A stretch of 64,000 bases of DNA, taken from the NCBI RefSeq assembly GCF_022045235.1, contig NW_027266270.1, positions 21,390,001-21,454,000 on the forward strand. The letters are read 5' to 3'. Shown here piece after piece: positions 37,690 to 51,942 of this stretch. Each line of letters begins with the position of its first letter. Within the stretch, counting starts at the first letter, position 1. Both the position numbers and the translations under genes were made by a program. The notes under the pieces were generated by a model that saw only the letters and a program-made list of their open reading frames with translations, had not been told where the DNA came from and did not search any database. This DNA comes from Haliotis cracherodii (Eukaryota).

Positions 37690-38625
37690 TTGAAGCAAAG
37701 AAGGTTAGGGTAAGCCTGGCACAGTCAGGCTAGTTGGGCTCACCATCACCTCATCGCAGCCCAGACAGTGAATTGAACTTCTCCCAGGAAGCGCTGCCTG
37801 GTCAAACCCACACAGAACAATTTCGGAAAATGTGAAGACTCCCAAAGACTGCAGCCTTCTGCATTACCGCATGTTTTCCTGAATCTTGTCAATCATATTA
37901 GTGTCAAATGGGACAGAAAATGAAATGATAAAATGATTTCATTGGATTTATCAAATAGGACAATATCAGGTTTGTTGGCCTGGATACGTCTGAGGCTGTT
38001 AACGGACCTATACCAAAGAATGTTGTATTTATCATTTACCATGACGCCCTCTTCATAATCTGGGTTGTACCATGGATGGACCTCTGTGTCGAAGCCACAA
38101 GCATGGCGAAGACGGTAATAAAGGGAATCAAGCCACACCTTCATGTCGCTTAAGAGTCGTGTTTGTGCCAAAGTTAGGCTTCCACTGACAGTCTCATTAA
38201 ATAAATCTACTTTTTTTATTTTCATATTGATGCAAAATCACATACTTGCGGTTTTGGTTTGGTTTGGTTTGTTTGTTGTTTTACGCCACACTCAGCAATA
38301 TTCCAGCTATATGACGGCGGTTTGTAAATAATCGAATCTGGACCAGACAATCCAGTGATTAATATCATGAGCATCGATCCACGCAGTTGGGATCGTTGAC
38401 ATGCATCAACCAAGTCAGCGAGCCTGACCAACCGATCCCATTAGTAGCCTTTTACGACAAGCATAGTCGCCATTTACGGCAAGCATGGGTTGCTGAACCG
38501 CTATTCTACCCGGGATCTTCACGGGTCTCTGGTTGGAGGTGACGGGTTATGAGCAGGAAACAGAAAGCCTTCTGTTTCACGTTTAAGGCCAGCCTACCTC
38601 ATCGATATGAAGGACTCTGCAGGGT
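37690..38625 (-). mobile_element. R4/Dong-like non-LTR retrotransposon 3' fragment (RLE endonuclease), split by a family-B SINE (38250-38527)
   Basis: GLKRETEGFLF, WY...ILW...IQANKPDIVLFDK and MQKAAVFGSLHIFR motifs in the expected order. Confidence 0.75.
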
Positions 38626-38947
38626 TGCTGTTCCTCTTATTTGTCTTCTTCTTCTAATTATTATTAACATCATTTATCATATCAACTAATATAATGTACC
38701 ATGTCGTTAAAAGATAAATGCAAGTGAATATTGTCAGCAACACTTACTTATTTTGTTGCAGGTAAAACATAACATGAACTCCTACCTCTCTCCTCACAAT
38801 TAGGTAAATGTGACCGAGAAACATTGATTTCGTTTGTGCGGCCTCATCTAATTTGTACAGTACCTGCAGACATGAGCAGGCATTAACCATACCGGGACAC
38901 GATCACACACACTAAGATCACAGTCTCCAAACACCGAATAATTCTAG

Positions 38948-39486
38948 TTGCCGCTTACGTTTGTTTGTTGTTTAACGCCGCACTCTGCAATATTAAAGCA
39001 AAATGGCGGTGGTCTGTAAATAATCGAATCTGGACCAGACAATCCAGTGATTAACATCACGGGCATCGATCCACGCAATTGGGATACGATGACATGCATC
39101 AACCAAGTCAGCGAGTCTGACCACCCGATGCCGTTCGTCGCCTCTTCCCGCAAGTATGGGTTGCTGAAGACCTATTCTATCCCGGAGCTGCACGGGTCAG
39201 TTGCCGCTTACGATTGGTTTGTTGTTTAACGCCGCACTCAGCAATATTCCAGCTATATGACGGCGGTCTGTAAATAATCGAGTCTGGACCAGACAATCCA
39301 GTGATTGATATGATGAGCATCGATCCACGCAATTGGGATCGATGACATGCATCAACCAAGTCAGCGAGCCTGACCACCCAATCCCGTTAGTCGCCTTTTA
39401 CGACAAGCATAGTCACCTTTTACGGCAAGCATGGGTTGCTGAAGACCTATTCTACCTCGGAATCTTAACGGGTCTTGCCGCTTACG
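38948..39486 (-). mobile_element. Two head-to-tail family-B SINEs separated and flanked by the same 12-mer ttgccgcttacg
   Basis: The 12-mer occurs at 38948-38959, 39201-39212 and 39475-39486. Confidence 0.9.
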
Positions 39487-42400
39487 ACCAGCAATGGATG
39501 CTGGATACGCCATGCTAATCATCAGTAGACAGAAATTCAGTTGTTGTTGGCATACGGTTAATATTCATGGATGGATACCACAGAAACCACATACTTCAAG
39601 ATTACATGGTATAACGATCGTAAAATGCATGGATACGGAAAATCAATTTATGGCCCATTCATTTACACTGCATGGTCTTAATCTGTTTGACACAGCCATG
39701 CACCACACCATTCAAATGTTAGACTTCTATTCTGCACGATCAATGTACAGATTGGCAGCACTCGCGTCACACGTAACTGATAGGATCTCGGTTACAAAAT
39801 GGCCCAGTCGAAACGAGATAAATGCATTTTACACGTAATGTTACAATGCCACATTGGAGGCAGGTACTTCATGTGTATGTGTTTCTTTTTATGTCTTCTG
39901 TAGGGTATTTTTGTTATAATGTTTTGCTGTATGAACAACAATGATAGTTTTCCAATACAGTTGCTTAAGATTTTGTATATAGTCACATTTGAATTCACAA
40001 AACAACATCAAGGTATACTGTAGAAAATTGGTGGACATACATGTTTCTCTTATACAATTGATCAAGATGTGAATTAGTTTCTTGAGTGGTGCTGACGGTA
40101 GGATGTTATTTTCGGGTTATTAAAAATATAATGACCCACTGCATTGACATTGATATTATGTATACAATAGTAACACTGTTTCAATTTTATTACTGTTAGT
40201 CCCTTGGTAGATCATTCAAGTTTTCAAATAAGAGAAAGTAGGTTAATAGCTGAATGCAAATTAAATCTTAGCCCCTTACGTCCAAGTTGGAGTCGATTGT
40301 TTTAGACATATTATGTTTGTATATTTCTTGATTCACGTCGCACTCAACTATTTTTCAGTTATGTGAGGGCTGACTTAATAATCGAGTCTGATATTTTTAG
40401 TAAGCATTATAAGCATGGATTTACGCAATTGGGATACGATGACATGTATCAACAAAGTCAGCGAGCCTGACTACACGATCTTGTTATTCGCCTCCTACAA
40501 GCAAGGCTTGCTGAAGATCAATTCAAACCCAGATCTTCAAGGAGTCTGTGAGTTCTTCAATGAGTCTGTGTGTGTATCAGCAGGATTATGATTGTCCCCT
40601 TTCCTTTAACGCGCTGTCTTTCACTATTTGTCCCCCCACGATGTATTATACGCTTAATACGATAATATTACCTCAGAAGTATGCATTTTATATAGTTCGT
40701 AATGTGACAATGTCCGAGAAAAATATATCTGTTCGTGTCTTTCTGTGTGTAATCGTGGTTACGTGTGGCTATTTAGTAAGAAGATAAAAAATCAAAAAAT
40801 GGAAAAAAATCAATTACTGGCTTAGTCTTGTACACAGTCATCCTAAACGGTACACGGTGTTTCCTGTACACTCAGACTCCGGTATATTGATTGCAAGGTA
40901 TAACTGATCTGTTGCTGCACAACGAATGTAAAGAGTTGGAGGCCAACACGGCACAGCAGCGATATTGATAAAAAGCTAAATTCGGGGGGTTGTGCTTGGA
41001 GTTTGTCTGGAGAATGTATATGTTTTTAGCAACAGCTGCAAAACCAGATATTTGTTTCATCTTTTCACGATAACCACCTTGCCACCCCTCTCCCCTTGAA
41101 TATCAGATGGTCAATTCCTTATGGACATTATTCAGTTGACCCGGGTTAGAATAGGTCTTCAGCAACCCATGCTTGCCGTAAAAGGCGACTATGCTTGTCG
41201 TAAAAGGCGACTAACGGGATCGGGTGGTGAGGCTCGCTGACTTGGTTGATGCATGTCATCGATCCCAATTGCGCGGAACGATGCTCATGATGTCAATCAC
41301 TGGATTGTCCGGATTAGAACAAGCAGACTTGCAGCGAACATGTTTTGTTTTTGTTTGTTGTTTAAAGACGTAAACCTATTCTACCCCGGATGCACCTCGA
41401 TGGATATGTGCAATATCTTAGACGCTACGTTTATCCCCCTTTTACTACACCGTCACCTCTCGTTATAATGACATACTCATTTGTCAGTCAGTAGCTTTAG
41501 TTTTAGTTTTTAGTGTTCAATATTTATATAGAAAATATATATGAACAGCATACCTAATGGTAAGTGGCTGTCTTCTTTGGCATTTCTTATTGTTGAATAC
41601 ATATTCAGATCAGCCACAATGCCGTGGTACTATTTATGTTATAATTCACTGGCTTTGGTTTGTTGTTTTACGCCGCACTCAGCAACATTCCAGCTATATG
41701 ACGGCGGTCTGTAAATAGTCGTGTCTGGACCAGACAATCCAGCGATTTACATCATGAACATCGATCCATGCAATTGGGATCGATGACATACATCAACCAA
41801 GTAAGCGAGCCTGACAACCCGATCCCGTTAGTCGCCTCTTACGACAAGCATAGTCGCCTTTACGGCAAGCATGTGTTGCTGAAGACCTATTCTATCCCGG
41901 ATCTTCACGGGGCTAATTTACTGGCATATATGAGGAGCACTGAAGCGTAAAGTACAGCTAATTTGTGAGCCAACGGCACTCCTAGTATACTTCCTCAACA
42001 TTCTCTTTCAATTTAAAAGACAACTTCAAAACCAAATAAATAATCCATAAACATACTGTACATTTAGGAGTCAAACAGTACTTATCATTCTTTCGCAAAG
42101 TGAATTCCTAAAGGTGACTTGACATTATTGTTGTTGATCCGTTAGTGTTCTTTGAATAATTAAAAGTACTAACTGCGTAGACGCATGTATTTTTACATTA
42201 TCTGCATACGTTAACCCTAAGATGATAGTCACAATAATTACATAAAAATAAAACAATAATTACATACACAATTTTATTTTTGTTGGCAAATTCGAATGCA
42301 ACAAAAATATTTTGCAAATTCCTGAGGCGTGTGTCATTGTGTCGGTGAAAGAAGTGATATATCAATTTAAAGCACAGTCATATTGGGTTCAGCAAACACA

Positions 42401-43224
42401 GTACGATCAGATTATAGTTTTCACAATTGCCTATGGACCCCACTTTGCATTGACGCGGCGCGTAAATTACGCATCAGAAAAAAATGTAAAAAAACACATT
42501 TCCATTATCATCAAGGAACGCACGTCTTTGTATTTTCACACACCCTCGATGTTAACTGTAACTTAAGATGTTACTCAAAGCTATTCAGCATTGAATGCAT
42601 GTCATTTCATGACCTGCCATGTGTTGGTTCAAGTCAATATTCTCCCCGTCTATAACAAAACATGTTTGTTATTCTGATATTGTTATGGATGTCGATTGTA
42701 ATTTTAACCAAGAGGCTCTTTATTTATGGAGGCGCCACGTTGTTCAATCGAGTGAGCATTTTCAGAGGCAGAAACAAGCATAGACAATTGTGCACACTTG
42801 TGAAGATCGGTAATGAGAGGAGAGGATATGTCTCGAATGACGTGCCAAGGCGAGCACATAATAGTAATTGAAGGGGGTAAGGTTGATGCAGATGACGAGG
42901 CTGATGTCATAAACTTAAAAGTCTTGTTTGCAGACCTGGGTGACTCGGACTCGCTTATCATTTCAACCAGATTTATATGGTTATTACGAACAACATGTAG
43001 GGAATTTATTCAATTCATATAACACATTTGGCTGTCAACGAAGGACACGAACATATTTAACAATGCTTTACTATTGACACTCACACCTTATCAGTTTAGT
43101 ACTTAAAACATTTAACAGATGAAATAATTTACAATATGAAGAAAAAACATTGATGAGCTCTATTGTTTCAAAAACGATGTGCTGTTTGTTTTGTTTTATG
43201 GTGCATGACAAATTTCCCCTGTAG

Positions 43225-43392
43225 GTGTGAGTGAATGAGTATGGGTTTACGCCGCTGTTAGCAATATTCCTGCAATATCACGGCGGGAGACACCTGAAAT
43301 GAACTTCACACATTGTACCCATGTTGGGAATCGAACCCGGGTCTTCGGCGTGACGAGCGAACGCTTTACCCACTTGGCTACCCGACCGCCCC
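43225..43392 (-). mobile_element. tRNA-derived SINE family A with TSD tcccctgta
   Basis: Full head and tail, with flanking direct repeats. Confidence 0.9.
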
Positions 43393-44269
43393 TCCCCTGT
43401 ATGAGTAGCACAACAAAAAACGTTTTACAAGTTGTTCCCAAACAACACACATGTACAGGAACATATTTTCAATCATTCAATTTTTAATCTAGTCTAACAT
43501 ATATTATTATCTCCACGTGACGTTAGATACAGAATCCCCATTAGATACCAAGCACGTAAAACGTAGAGCTAAATGTACCAGCTTGTATGAAGACCAGCAC
43601 AAAGTTATTGACTCATCAACACACGTGTTCGAACCCAATAGGGTATACTGTTTCTCATTGTAGTCTTTGCTGCATGATTTATGTTCACAGTTAGACATGT
43701 AAACAATATCCATTCGTCTAAATACACCAGTCCTAAAATATTCCTCCCAGTGGGTGAAGGACCCTTTGCATTAATAGCAGACTGAAATCTGACCTGTCGA
43801 ACACATTTTTTTCGGTTTCAATTACAACCGTCCTCAGTCTGCCTACACAGATAGGATCATTGTCAGGGTATAGCTAAATTATGTGTTATCCCTGACAACA
43901 TACTTGGTTGTAATCAGTTTGGCTTCGTCGATTTAGACATTACCCAAGCATCGGGCGCAGTGCATTTGCCACATGAAACGTTAACTAAATGCTTCCTTTA
44001 CACACTCAGGCTGTATTTAGTAAATGCTGTCAGATTGTTCATAGTATGGTAACCAACTATCACACATACATATTTACTAGACCGCCTAAGTGGTGTAGGG
44101 GATGCTCTCCGAGCGTCTGCGACATGCATCAACCAAATCAGCGAGCTTGACCACCCGATCCCGTTAGTCGCCTCTTCCGGCAAGCATGGGTTGCTGAAGA
44201 CCTATTCTATCCCGGTTCTTTACGGGTCCAAATGCAAATAAAAAGTAAGTAAACACGAAGGTGTAAATT

Positions 44270-45160
44270 GCAAATGGATATAGTTTTGTACACACAAATA
44301 TGGTGCGGAGATATGGTGTACAAAAGTAAGAAAAAGCATTGCAATTATACACACTAAATATTGTAATTATACTTTGAAAATAGGATAAAAATGTTTAAAT
44401 ACTGCTGTTTTAGGTGAACCTGGAAGAAAGAGAATGTATGAACTTAAGACTGCCTTTGGGTAGCTATCAAAAGCATTGCTATTTCATGCTATGTAAACAT
44501 GATGAATTAGGTTATTAAATTTGGGTTATTTGTTAGATATATATTGGTTAGTTATGGCTTTGGTTATGTATGGTTGATGTCGGACACTGTGATGCTTTTA
44601 TTTATACATTTGAGGAAAGAACAAGGAGAAGCATTAATATAGGCCTTTTTGACCTGTTTGCTAATCCTTTTTCCAGTTTGTAATGCTATGTAATGTACAA
44701 TCTGAACAGTAATGGAAATTAAATACTGTTTAAAATCAAGAACAAGAGATTTGCTTATGCAGGAATGGTCAGATTGTATGTCCAACTCACCAAGGATATA
44801 TTTACATTGCACCTACAAATACCTACTATAACCTGAAAAATATATATCATCGATTAAGACTGTAAATTTAAGAAGAGCTTTTACAAAAATGTGATGTTGT
44901 TCATATGATTTTAAAGTACATAAACATAGAATGTCTAGTGATAATGACTTTGCTGACAGTCTATGCAATTTCTGTAAAGAAGACTTAGGTAATGGATACC
45001 ATGCACTATTTATATGTCCAGTTTATACTAACTTAAGGTCAAGATATTTGCCCTTGTAATATTATAATAAATATTCTACCATGCACAAGTTTTATCGTTA
45101 CTCAGAACAAATGACGACAGCAGTTCTCTAGCTCTCTATCTTGAAAAAATGTTTAAAAAC
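44270..45160 (+). mobile_element. Degenerate RTE-X-like LINE 3' fragment
   Basis: NTAVLGEPGR and the C-terminal motif LCNFCKEDLGNGYHALFICPVYTNLRSRYLP. Confidence 0.65.
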
Positions 45161-45696
45161 TAGGAAATTCCAAAGCCAATATAAATTGAAGCGCTCTGTC
45201 ACAATGGAACACATGGAAGTTTAAATATATATATTTAAACAATTAACATGCTGTGGGCTAAGTGAGTAATGGCTCAGGCAAATTGGCAGTCCAAACAAAC
45301 TTGAATCAAATCGTTAAAGACCCTTTTTTGTTTGTCATCTAACGTGTTATGACTCCATTTTGCACTACATTCAGTTGAAGGTGTTTTCTTATGCATCATC
45401 ACCCGTTGTGTCAACTCTTTGGCTCTAAATGTTTGAAGTAGCTGAATTCCTACAATTGGATCCCTATTGTTCTTCTGATCCTATTATTCATGGGTGACCT
45501 TAACCTGTGTAAGCTGCACACCCACTACGCGTGTTATCACATGTCAAAACTGTTTTGATTTTCATACAGGAATTACCCAATCTCTCCTCGAAACGAACCT
45601 TAATCTTTGCGACTACGTCAGTTAGCAAGCTATCACCCGCTGTTTAGGAGCATAACATACATTCTTACTTCAATGAAGCAATTATAAATACCTACA

Positions 45697-48600
45697 GGTC
45701 CGGGGTAGAACCCATGCTTGCCGTAAAAGGCGACTATGCTTGGCGTAAGAGGCGACTAACGGGATTCGGTGGTCAGGCTCGCTGACATTGTTTGAAGCAT
45801 GTCATCGTATTGCATCAATTGCGTGGATCGATGCTTATGATATTAATCCCTGGATCGTCTGGTCCAGACTCGATTATTTACATACCGCCGTCGTATAGCT
45901 GGAATATTGCTGACAAACAAACCAAATACCTACAGCTTATGCTACAATACACTTAACAGTAAATTCTGATATCACATCGATTTGCCTCATGAATAAATAC
46001 GATACAGACCATAATGTTTGTTTGTTTAAAGCCGCACTCAGCAGTATTCCAGCAACATGACGGCGGTCTGTAAAACATCGAGTCTGGACCAGACAATCCT
46101 GTGATTGATATCATGAACATCGATCCACGCAATTAGGATCGATAACTAACATGCATCAACCAAGTCAGCGAGCCTGACCACCCGATCCAGTTTGTCGCCT
46201 CTTGCGACAAGCATAGTCGCCTTTTACGGCAAGCATGGGTTGCTGAAGAACTATTCTATCCCGGATCTCCACGGGTCCCAGACCACACAATAGCTCCAAT
46301 TAACGTTAAGTGTATAATTCCAGTGAAAGTATTCAGATTTTGCCACCAGGTTTGCAAGGAAAATTTCTTTCCATCTTCTTCCGAAATTTCTGTAGACTTA
46401 CAATTTGTATGGGTTGACATGTATATGCACATGTATAGCAGAGTTCAAGTCAGTTATTTAGTGTACACATTTCACAGCCACTTCAAACACGTTAACACTT
46501 CAATATAAGATAGCTTCGCAAGAAATCGCAAAGTGCAATGAAGCGTAGGTTTATTTCACAATATAACATTGTTCTATCATGACTTCAATTCTTGAGATTC
46601 GAACAAGCGCTCGAAACTTGATGACGTCGTAAATTAGACGATGTTATTTTAGAGAGGGAAGAGTCGAGTGAGTTGTTCCCCATAGATGTAGCTGGCCAAC
46701 GTAGATAAACGAAATGGCCGAACGATCGCGTCCAACTGTGGGAGAGAAAAGCGAGAGATAATTGACGTAAAAGTTGGTTGGTTGGTTTGGTTTTTAACGC
46801 CGCGCTCTGCGGTCTGTAAATAATCGAGTCTGGACCAGATAATCCAGAGAATGATATCATGAACATCTATCCACGCAATTGGGATTGATGTGTAAATATT
46901 CGAGTCTGAACAAGACAATCCAGTGATTTAACATCACGGGCATCGATCAAGGCAATTGGGGTAAGATGAGTGACATGTATCAACCAAGTCAGCGAGCCTG
47001 ACCACCCGATCCCGTCAGTCGCCTCTTACTACAAGCATAGTTGCCTTTTACGGCAAGCATGGGGTGCTGAAGACCTATTCTACGTTGCTGAAAACCAAAT
47101 ATAACAACGTCATTCATAAAATGGACTTTCTGACATTGCCTAGTTCGGATTCTAATCAGGCAGTCATTTAAATATAGTTAATATTGTTAAAACTTACATT
47201 TTATTAACATCATTGAAGAGGCTGTTCATAATATTGATATCCCACATAAGAAAAATACGACTTGTTGTTTTAAAGTACATTAAAACCCTGCAGAGAGAAT
47301 AAACAATTTATTCCTTTTAAACAATGTTTATTCTCTCTGCAGAGTCTTTTTCGTAAGATGAGCAACTACTCGTCATTTATTTCTTAATGATCCACGCAAT
47401 TGGGATCGATGACATGCATCAACAACGTCAGCGAACCTGACCACTAAATCCCGTTAGTCGCCTTTCACGACAAGCATGGGTTGCTGATCATGAAGACCTA
47501 TTCTACCCGGATCTTCACAGGTCTCCACGCAATTGGGATCGATGACATGTATCAACCAAGTCAGCGAGCCTGACCACCCGATCCCGTCAGTCGCCTTTTA
47601 CGACAAGCATAGTCAGTCGGTTGGGTATGGGTTGCTGAAAACCTATTCTACCCGATATCTTCATCTCTGTGATAAAGCTTTAATACTGCTGACTGGCATA
47701 AAACATTAGTACACGCACACTCAATCAATCGTTCCTTTCATGGATATTTTGGAGAGATTATATGTCCACTGCAAGCTATGCCAATTTTGGAAAGATTATA
47801 GGTCCACTGCAAGCTATGCCTGTCGTAAGTGGACCCGTGAAGATCCGGGGAAGAATAGGTCTTCAGCAACCCATGCTTGCCATAAAAGGCGAGGATGCTT
47901 GTCGTAAAGGCGATAAACGGGATCGGGTGGTCAGTCGGGTGGTCAGGCTCGCTGACTTGGTTGATGCATGTCATCGATCCCAATTGCGTGGATCGATGCT
48001 CATGATGTCAATCACTGGATTGTCTGGTCCAGACTCGATTATTTACACAGACCGCTTGAATATTGCTGAGTGCGGCGTTAAACAACAAACCAACCAAATC
48101 GTAAGAGGCGATTAAATAGATCGGATGTATACAGTCGCGTCGATCGAGGCTCATGATGTCAATCACTGGAGTATCTGGTCTAGACTTTCAGGTCAAATTA
48201 ATGAAGCTATGATATTCTTGAGTATAATTTATGCAAGAAACAAACATGAGTGCAGAATCACTCTACTGTTATGGTTATTGTACGTCGCTTCAATCAGTTA
48301 TACACAAATGACGCCCTCAAAAAAACTCTGCGCACTGTAAGAGACAGCAATAATCGTAAAATCGTTTCAAGACCTGGGATTCCCTTTTCCATAATAACTA
48401 AATACCCGTGAAGATTCGGGGAGGAAGAGGTCTTCAGCAACCCATGCTTGCCGAAACAGGCGACTATGCTTATCGTAAGGGGCAACTTGCGGGATCGGGT
48501 GGTCAGGCTCGCTGACTTGGTTGATGCATGTCATCGATCCTAATTGCATGGACCGATGCTCATGATATCAATCATTGTATCGTCTGGTTCAGACTCGATT

Positions 48601-49980
48601 ATTTACAGACCGCCGTCATATTGAATATTTCTGAGTGCGGCGTTAAACAAGAAACACTCAAAATGAGTTGTAAGAGTCACTCATGCGCCATTGCGTTTAT
48701 GAAAATAAGACCAGAATAAGCACCTATTTGATCCTAAAATGAAGCGATGTTAGTGTGTGTAAAACACACATTACTGCACTCTTCCCTCTTATACTCTTTT
48801 TATCGTATGAATCGTTGTAAGATAAATGGTATCCGATAGCCACTCGTGTAATAATCGATGCGTGATGATCCGGAATAGAATAGGTCTTCAGCAACCAATG
48901 CGTACCGTAAGAGGCGACTAACGAGATCGGGTGGTCAGGCTCGCTCACTTGGTTGATGCATGTCATCGTATCCCAATGTGGGGATGGATGCTTATGATGT
49001 CGATCACTGGATTATCTGATCCAGACTCGATTATTTACAGACCGACGTTATATAGCTGGTTATATAGCTGGAGTATTGCGTGTCCATTCACGTCGCTACA
49101 TAAGTGCAATAATCTTGGACGCGACGTTAAACCCCAATTCACCTTATCCATTAATACATCTTAGTTTTACTTTTGGATGATGACTAGGATCTTGCCTTCG
49201 TGTCATTATATTTTAAATATAGCAACATGAGTTCAGATAACGTTTCAGAACAGATCCTTTCGCACATATGTAAACAGGCGACTTAATGGTTCGGGTGGTC
49301 AGGCTCTGTCATGACCTGGATGATTGCATGCCACTGTGTACCACCACGTTGCTCTGATTGCAGGCCACCATCAAAAGGCTGGAGTGTTGCGTCCGATTTC
49401 TCGCAAAATACTGAATTCTACAGTACTGTCATGGTTATTTTACGTCCCTTCAATATGACACACACTTCGTCACCAAAGAAATTCGCATATTGTTTTACAG
49501 ATCTAGTAGTAGTACTACAGAAGTAATGCTAAATATTATTTGACATGGCTCCATTGTCTTTGTACCGTCATATAATTTCGCTGGACATATATTTCTGTCC
49601 AGCCATGTCGTATAGCGTAGTGCCTAATAATTTACGAGATGTAACGTATCCACGTTTATCAACAAACATGCTCAGAATTAAGTAACAAAGCGTAAACCAC
49701 CACTCCGAAAAAATCGACCCGTGAAGATCCGTGATAGAATGGTCTTCAGCAACCCAAGCTTACCTTAAAATGCGTCTATGCTTGTCATAAGAGGCGACTA
49801 TCGGGATCGGGTGGTCAGGCTCGCTGACTTGGTTATTGCTTGTCATCGTATTCCAATTGCGTAGAACGTTGCTCATGCCGTCAATCACTGGATTGTCTTG
49901 CCCAGACTCAATTATTTACAGACCGCCCGCCATATAGCTTGAATGTTGCTGAGTGTGGCGTTAAACAACAAACAAACAAA
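45697..49980. mobile_element. Dense cluster of about 10 family-B SINE copies or fragments in both orientations
   Basis: Copies at about 45697, 46016, 46773, 47388, 47525, 47831, 48404, 48860, 49275 and 49716. Further copies at about 32554, 34917, 40330, 41138, 41655, 44120 and 51616. Confidence 0.88.
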
Positions 49981-50697
49981 CACAAAACAATCCTCACTGT
50001 TACAATGTGAAAGAGTAACATCACCATCAACGAAGGACCACGTGGTTACATTTAAGGTTCACGAACAATCCAATTCAATGATGGTCGTGTGAGTTATTGA
50101 CGACGTCATGAAAAACGCCATCGGCAGGGTGTTTTTGGGTGGGAAGGAATCTCCGCATATGCCAGTCTTTTGTTCCTACACCGACAACGTCATAGCCTCC
50201 TTCGACGTCACCATTTGCTCAAGGTCAAGGTCACAGCGATGATTTTGTGATGATAATAACAATCGATTTCATCTTAAGCTCATCATTCTGGACAACCTGC
50301 TGAGGATCCGCATTCAAACCCAGTTGAGTCCCCTTACTTTCGTGCCTTGGATGTGCTTAGCAGACATGTACACCACCAAGAGAACTTTTGGGACTGGGAA
50401 TGGTTCTCCAAAATGCATGGCAGTAGATCCGCCAGTTGATTATCGACCGTCTTTTACTGAGTATGCGATGTCCAGGATAAACAACCTTCCAGAGGCTTGA
50501 GGCGCCCGATTCGATATTGATCACATTTAATTTTAACCCCTTTAATCGTTTGATAAAATATGACAACATTCCCAACGCCTCAAAGCGAGAAAACCTTTTT
50601 CTGTCTCGATGATCTGCCGAAACAGTGTATAAGCAAAATAGTGGTTACAGTCATGAATGGATCACAGAAAATCAGTGATGACACAAAGTGAAACTTA

Positions 50698-51417
50698 ATG
50701 CCCCTTTACACAGGGCTGCGACCTTTCTGCCACCTTTGAGTGATCAAAAACCGGTCAGGACGCTCAATGGTCGCCTAAACCCAGAAAATCATGTTTCTAT
50801 GTAACTACTCCAGCAGTTGTTCAGCAGTAAGTGCTCGAGTTTTTCAGCGTCTGCAACCACAATGAAACACTGCAGGTACACGCCCTATATTTCTAGGCAA
50901 GCTGAGGAGGCACTACAGGTAGCTCAAAGGAGGCAGAAAAGAGGCAGAAGGATTGCCATGGTGTCTCAAGGGGTGCCGTGGTCGCCGAATGAGGCATGGC
51001 GGTCAATGCACGCTGCTGATCGCCCAAAGGAGGCAAAAGGGAGGCAGATGCGTCGCCCATGATTGACGGGAAAATATTTCAGCAGAACGCATCTGTTACC
51101 TGGCGACCACTGGGCGACCACTGGGCGACCACTGGGCCTTCATTCTGCAAAGGCGGCAATGCTTGTGCCTCCCTGCTGCCTCCTTTGAGCCACCTTTGAG
51201 CAGCCAGCCTCCTCGGCGACCTTTGTGCGACTGTTTTTAACATGTTCAAAAATTGACGGCGACCATGGCGTTCATGGCGATGCCTGAACCTTCTGTGTAC
51301 CACCTTGGAACGACCTAGGCAACAATTCTGCCTCCTTTGAGCCTCCAACGACGACCTGGTAAATTTTATTGTCGCACACGGGAGGCACAAAGGTCGCCAT
51401 CCTGTGTAAAGGCCCCA
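50698..51417. mobile_element. PIF/Harbinger-like MITE
   Basis: About 45-bp imperfect TIRs (cctttacacagg..gcgaccttt.tgcc), flanked by TTA/TAA, with a GC-rich interior containing ggcgacc repeats. Confidence 0.75.
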
Positions 51418-51744
51418 TTAGCAAGTTTGTTTGTATACACTCTTACCATTAGGATTTTGTTTCATATTCTCCCACATCAAAGCCCTTGATCCCCACATGC
51501 TAACTTGGGGTTAATGTGTTAATGTGCATACGCCTTGTATGTTGTGATCCATAAATCAAATACCAAATACATTAGTGATATTGTGTTCTGTTTTGTGTTT
51601 CCGCTGGGTACCTTTTCATGATATCAATCACTGGATTGTCTTGTCCAGACGCAATTTTTCTACAGACCGCCGTCACATAGCTGGAATATTGCTGAGTGTT
51701 CAACATAAAACAAACCAACTAACAAACAACTAACTATCATCCAG

Positions 51745-51866
51745 GTGATTCGACGTCCTATTTACTGAAGATGCGGACTGTCTGAACTCTGGGACATGTG
51801 ACACAAGCAGCTCTCCCTATACCTGTATTTGCACCGGTGGCTACGGTGGAACAACTTGTGCTGATG
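51745..51866 (+). pseudogene. EGF-like domain exon (frameshifted, first Cys lost)
   Basis: cag|...TEDADCLNSGTCDTSSSPYTCICTGGYGGTTCAD G|gtag. Confidence 0.75.
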
Positions 51867-51942
51867 GTAGATCAACAGACTCACTGACAGCCATTATCAC
51901 AGGTACCATACAAATTCGTACTTATAGTCATTTTTGACGTAG

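Noticed and set aside
40872-43780. Short Cys-containing ORFs (40872-41060, 42704-42961, 43507-43713)
   Set aside because: No convincing splice structure or domain match; the PAN-like spacing at about 43600-43700 is too weak.
45697-49980. Regularly recurring repeats resembling a CRISPR-like or satellite array
   Set aside because: Units are about 250-bp SINEs in mixed orientation with irregular spacing, in eukaryotic DNA with no cas genes.
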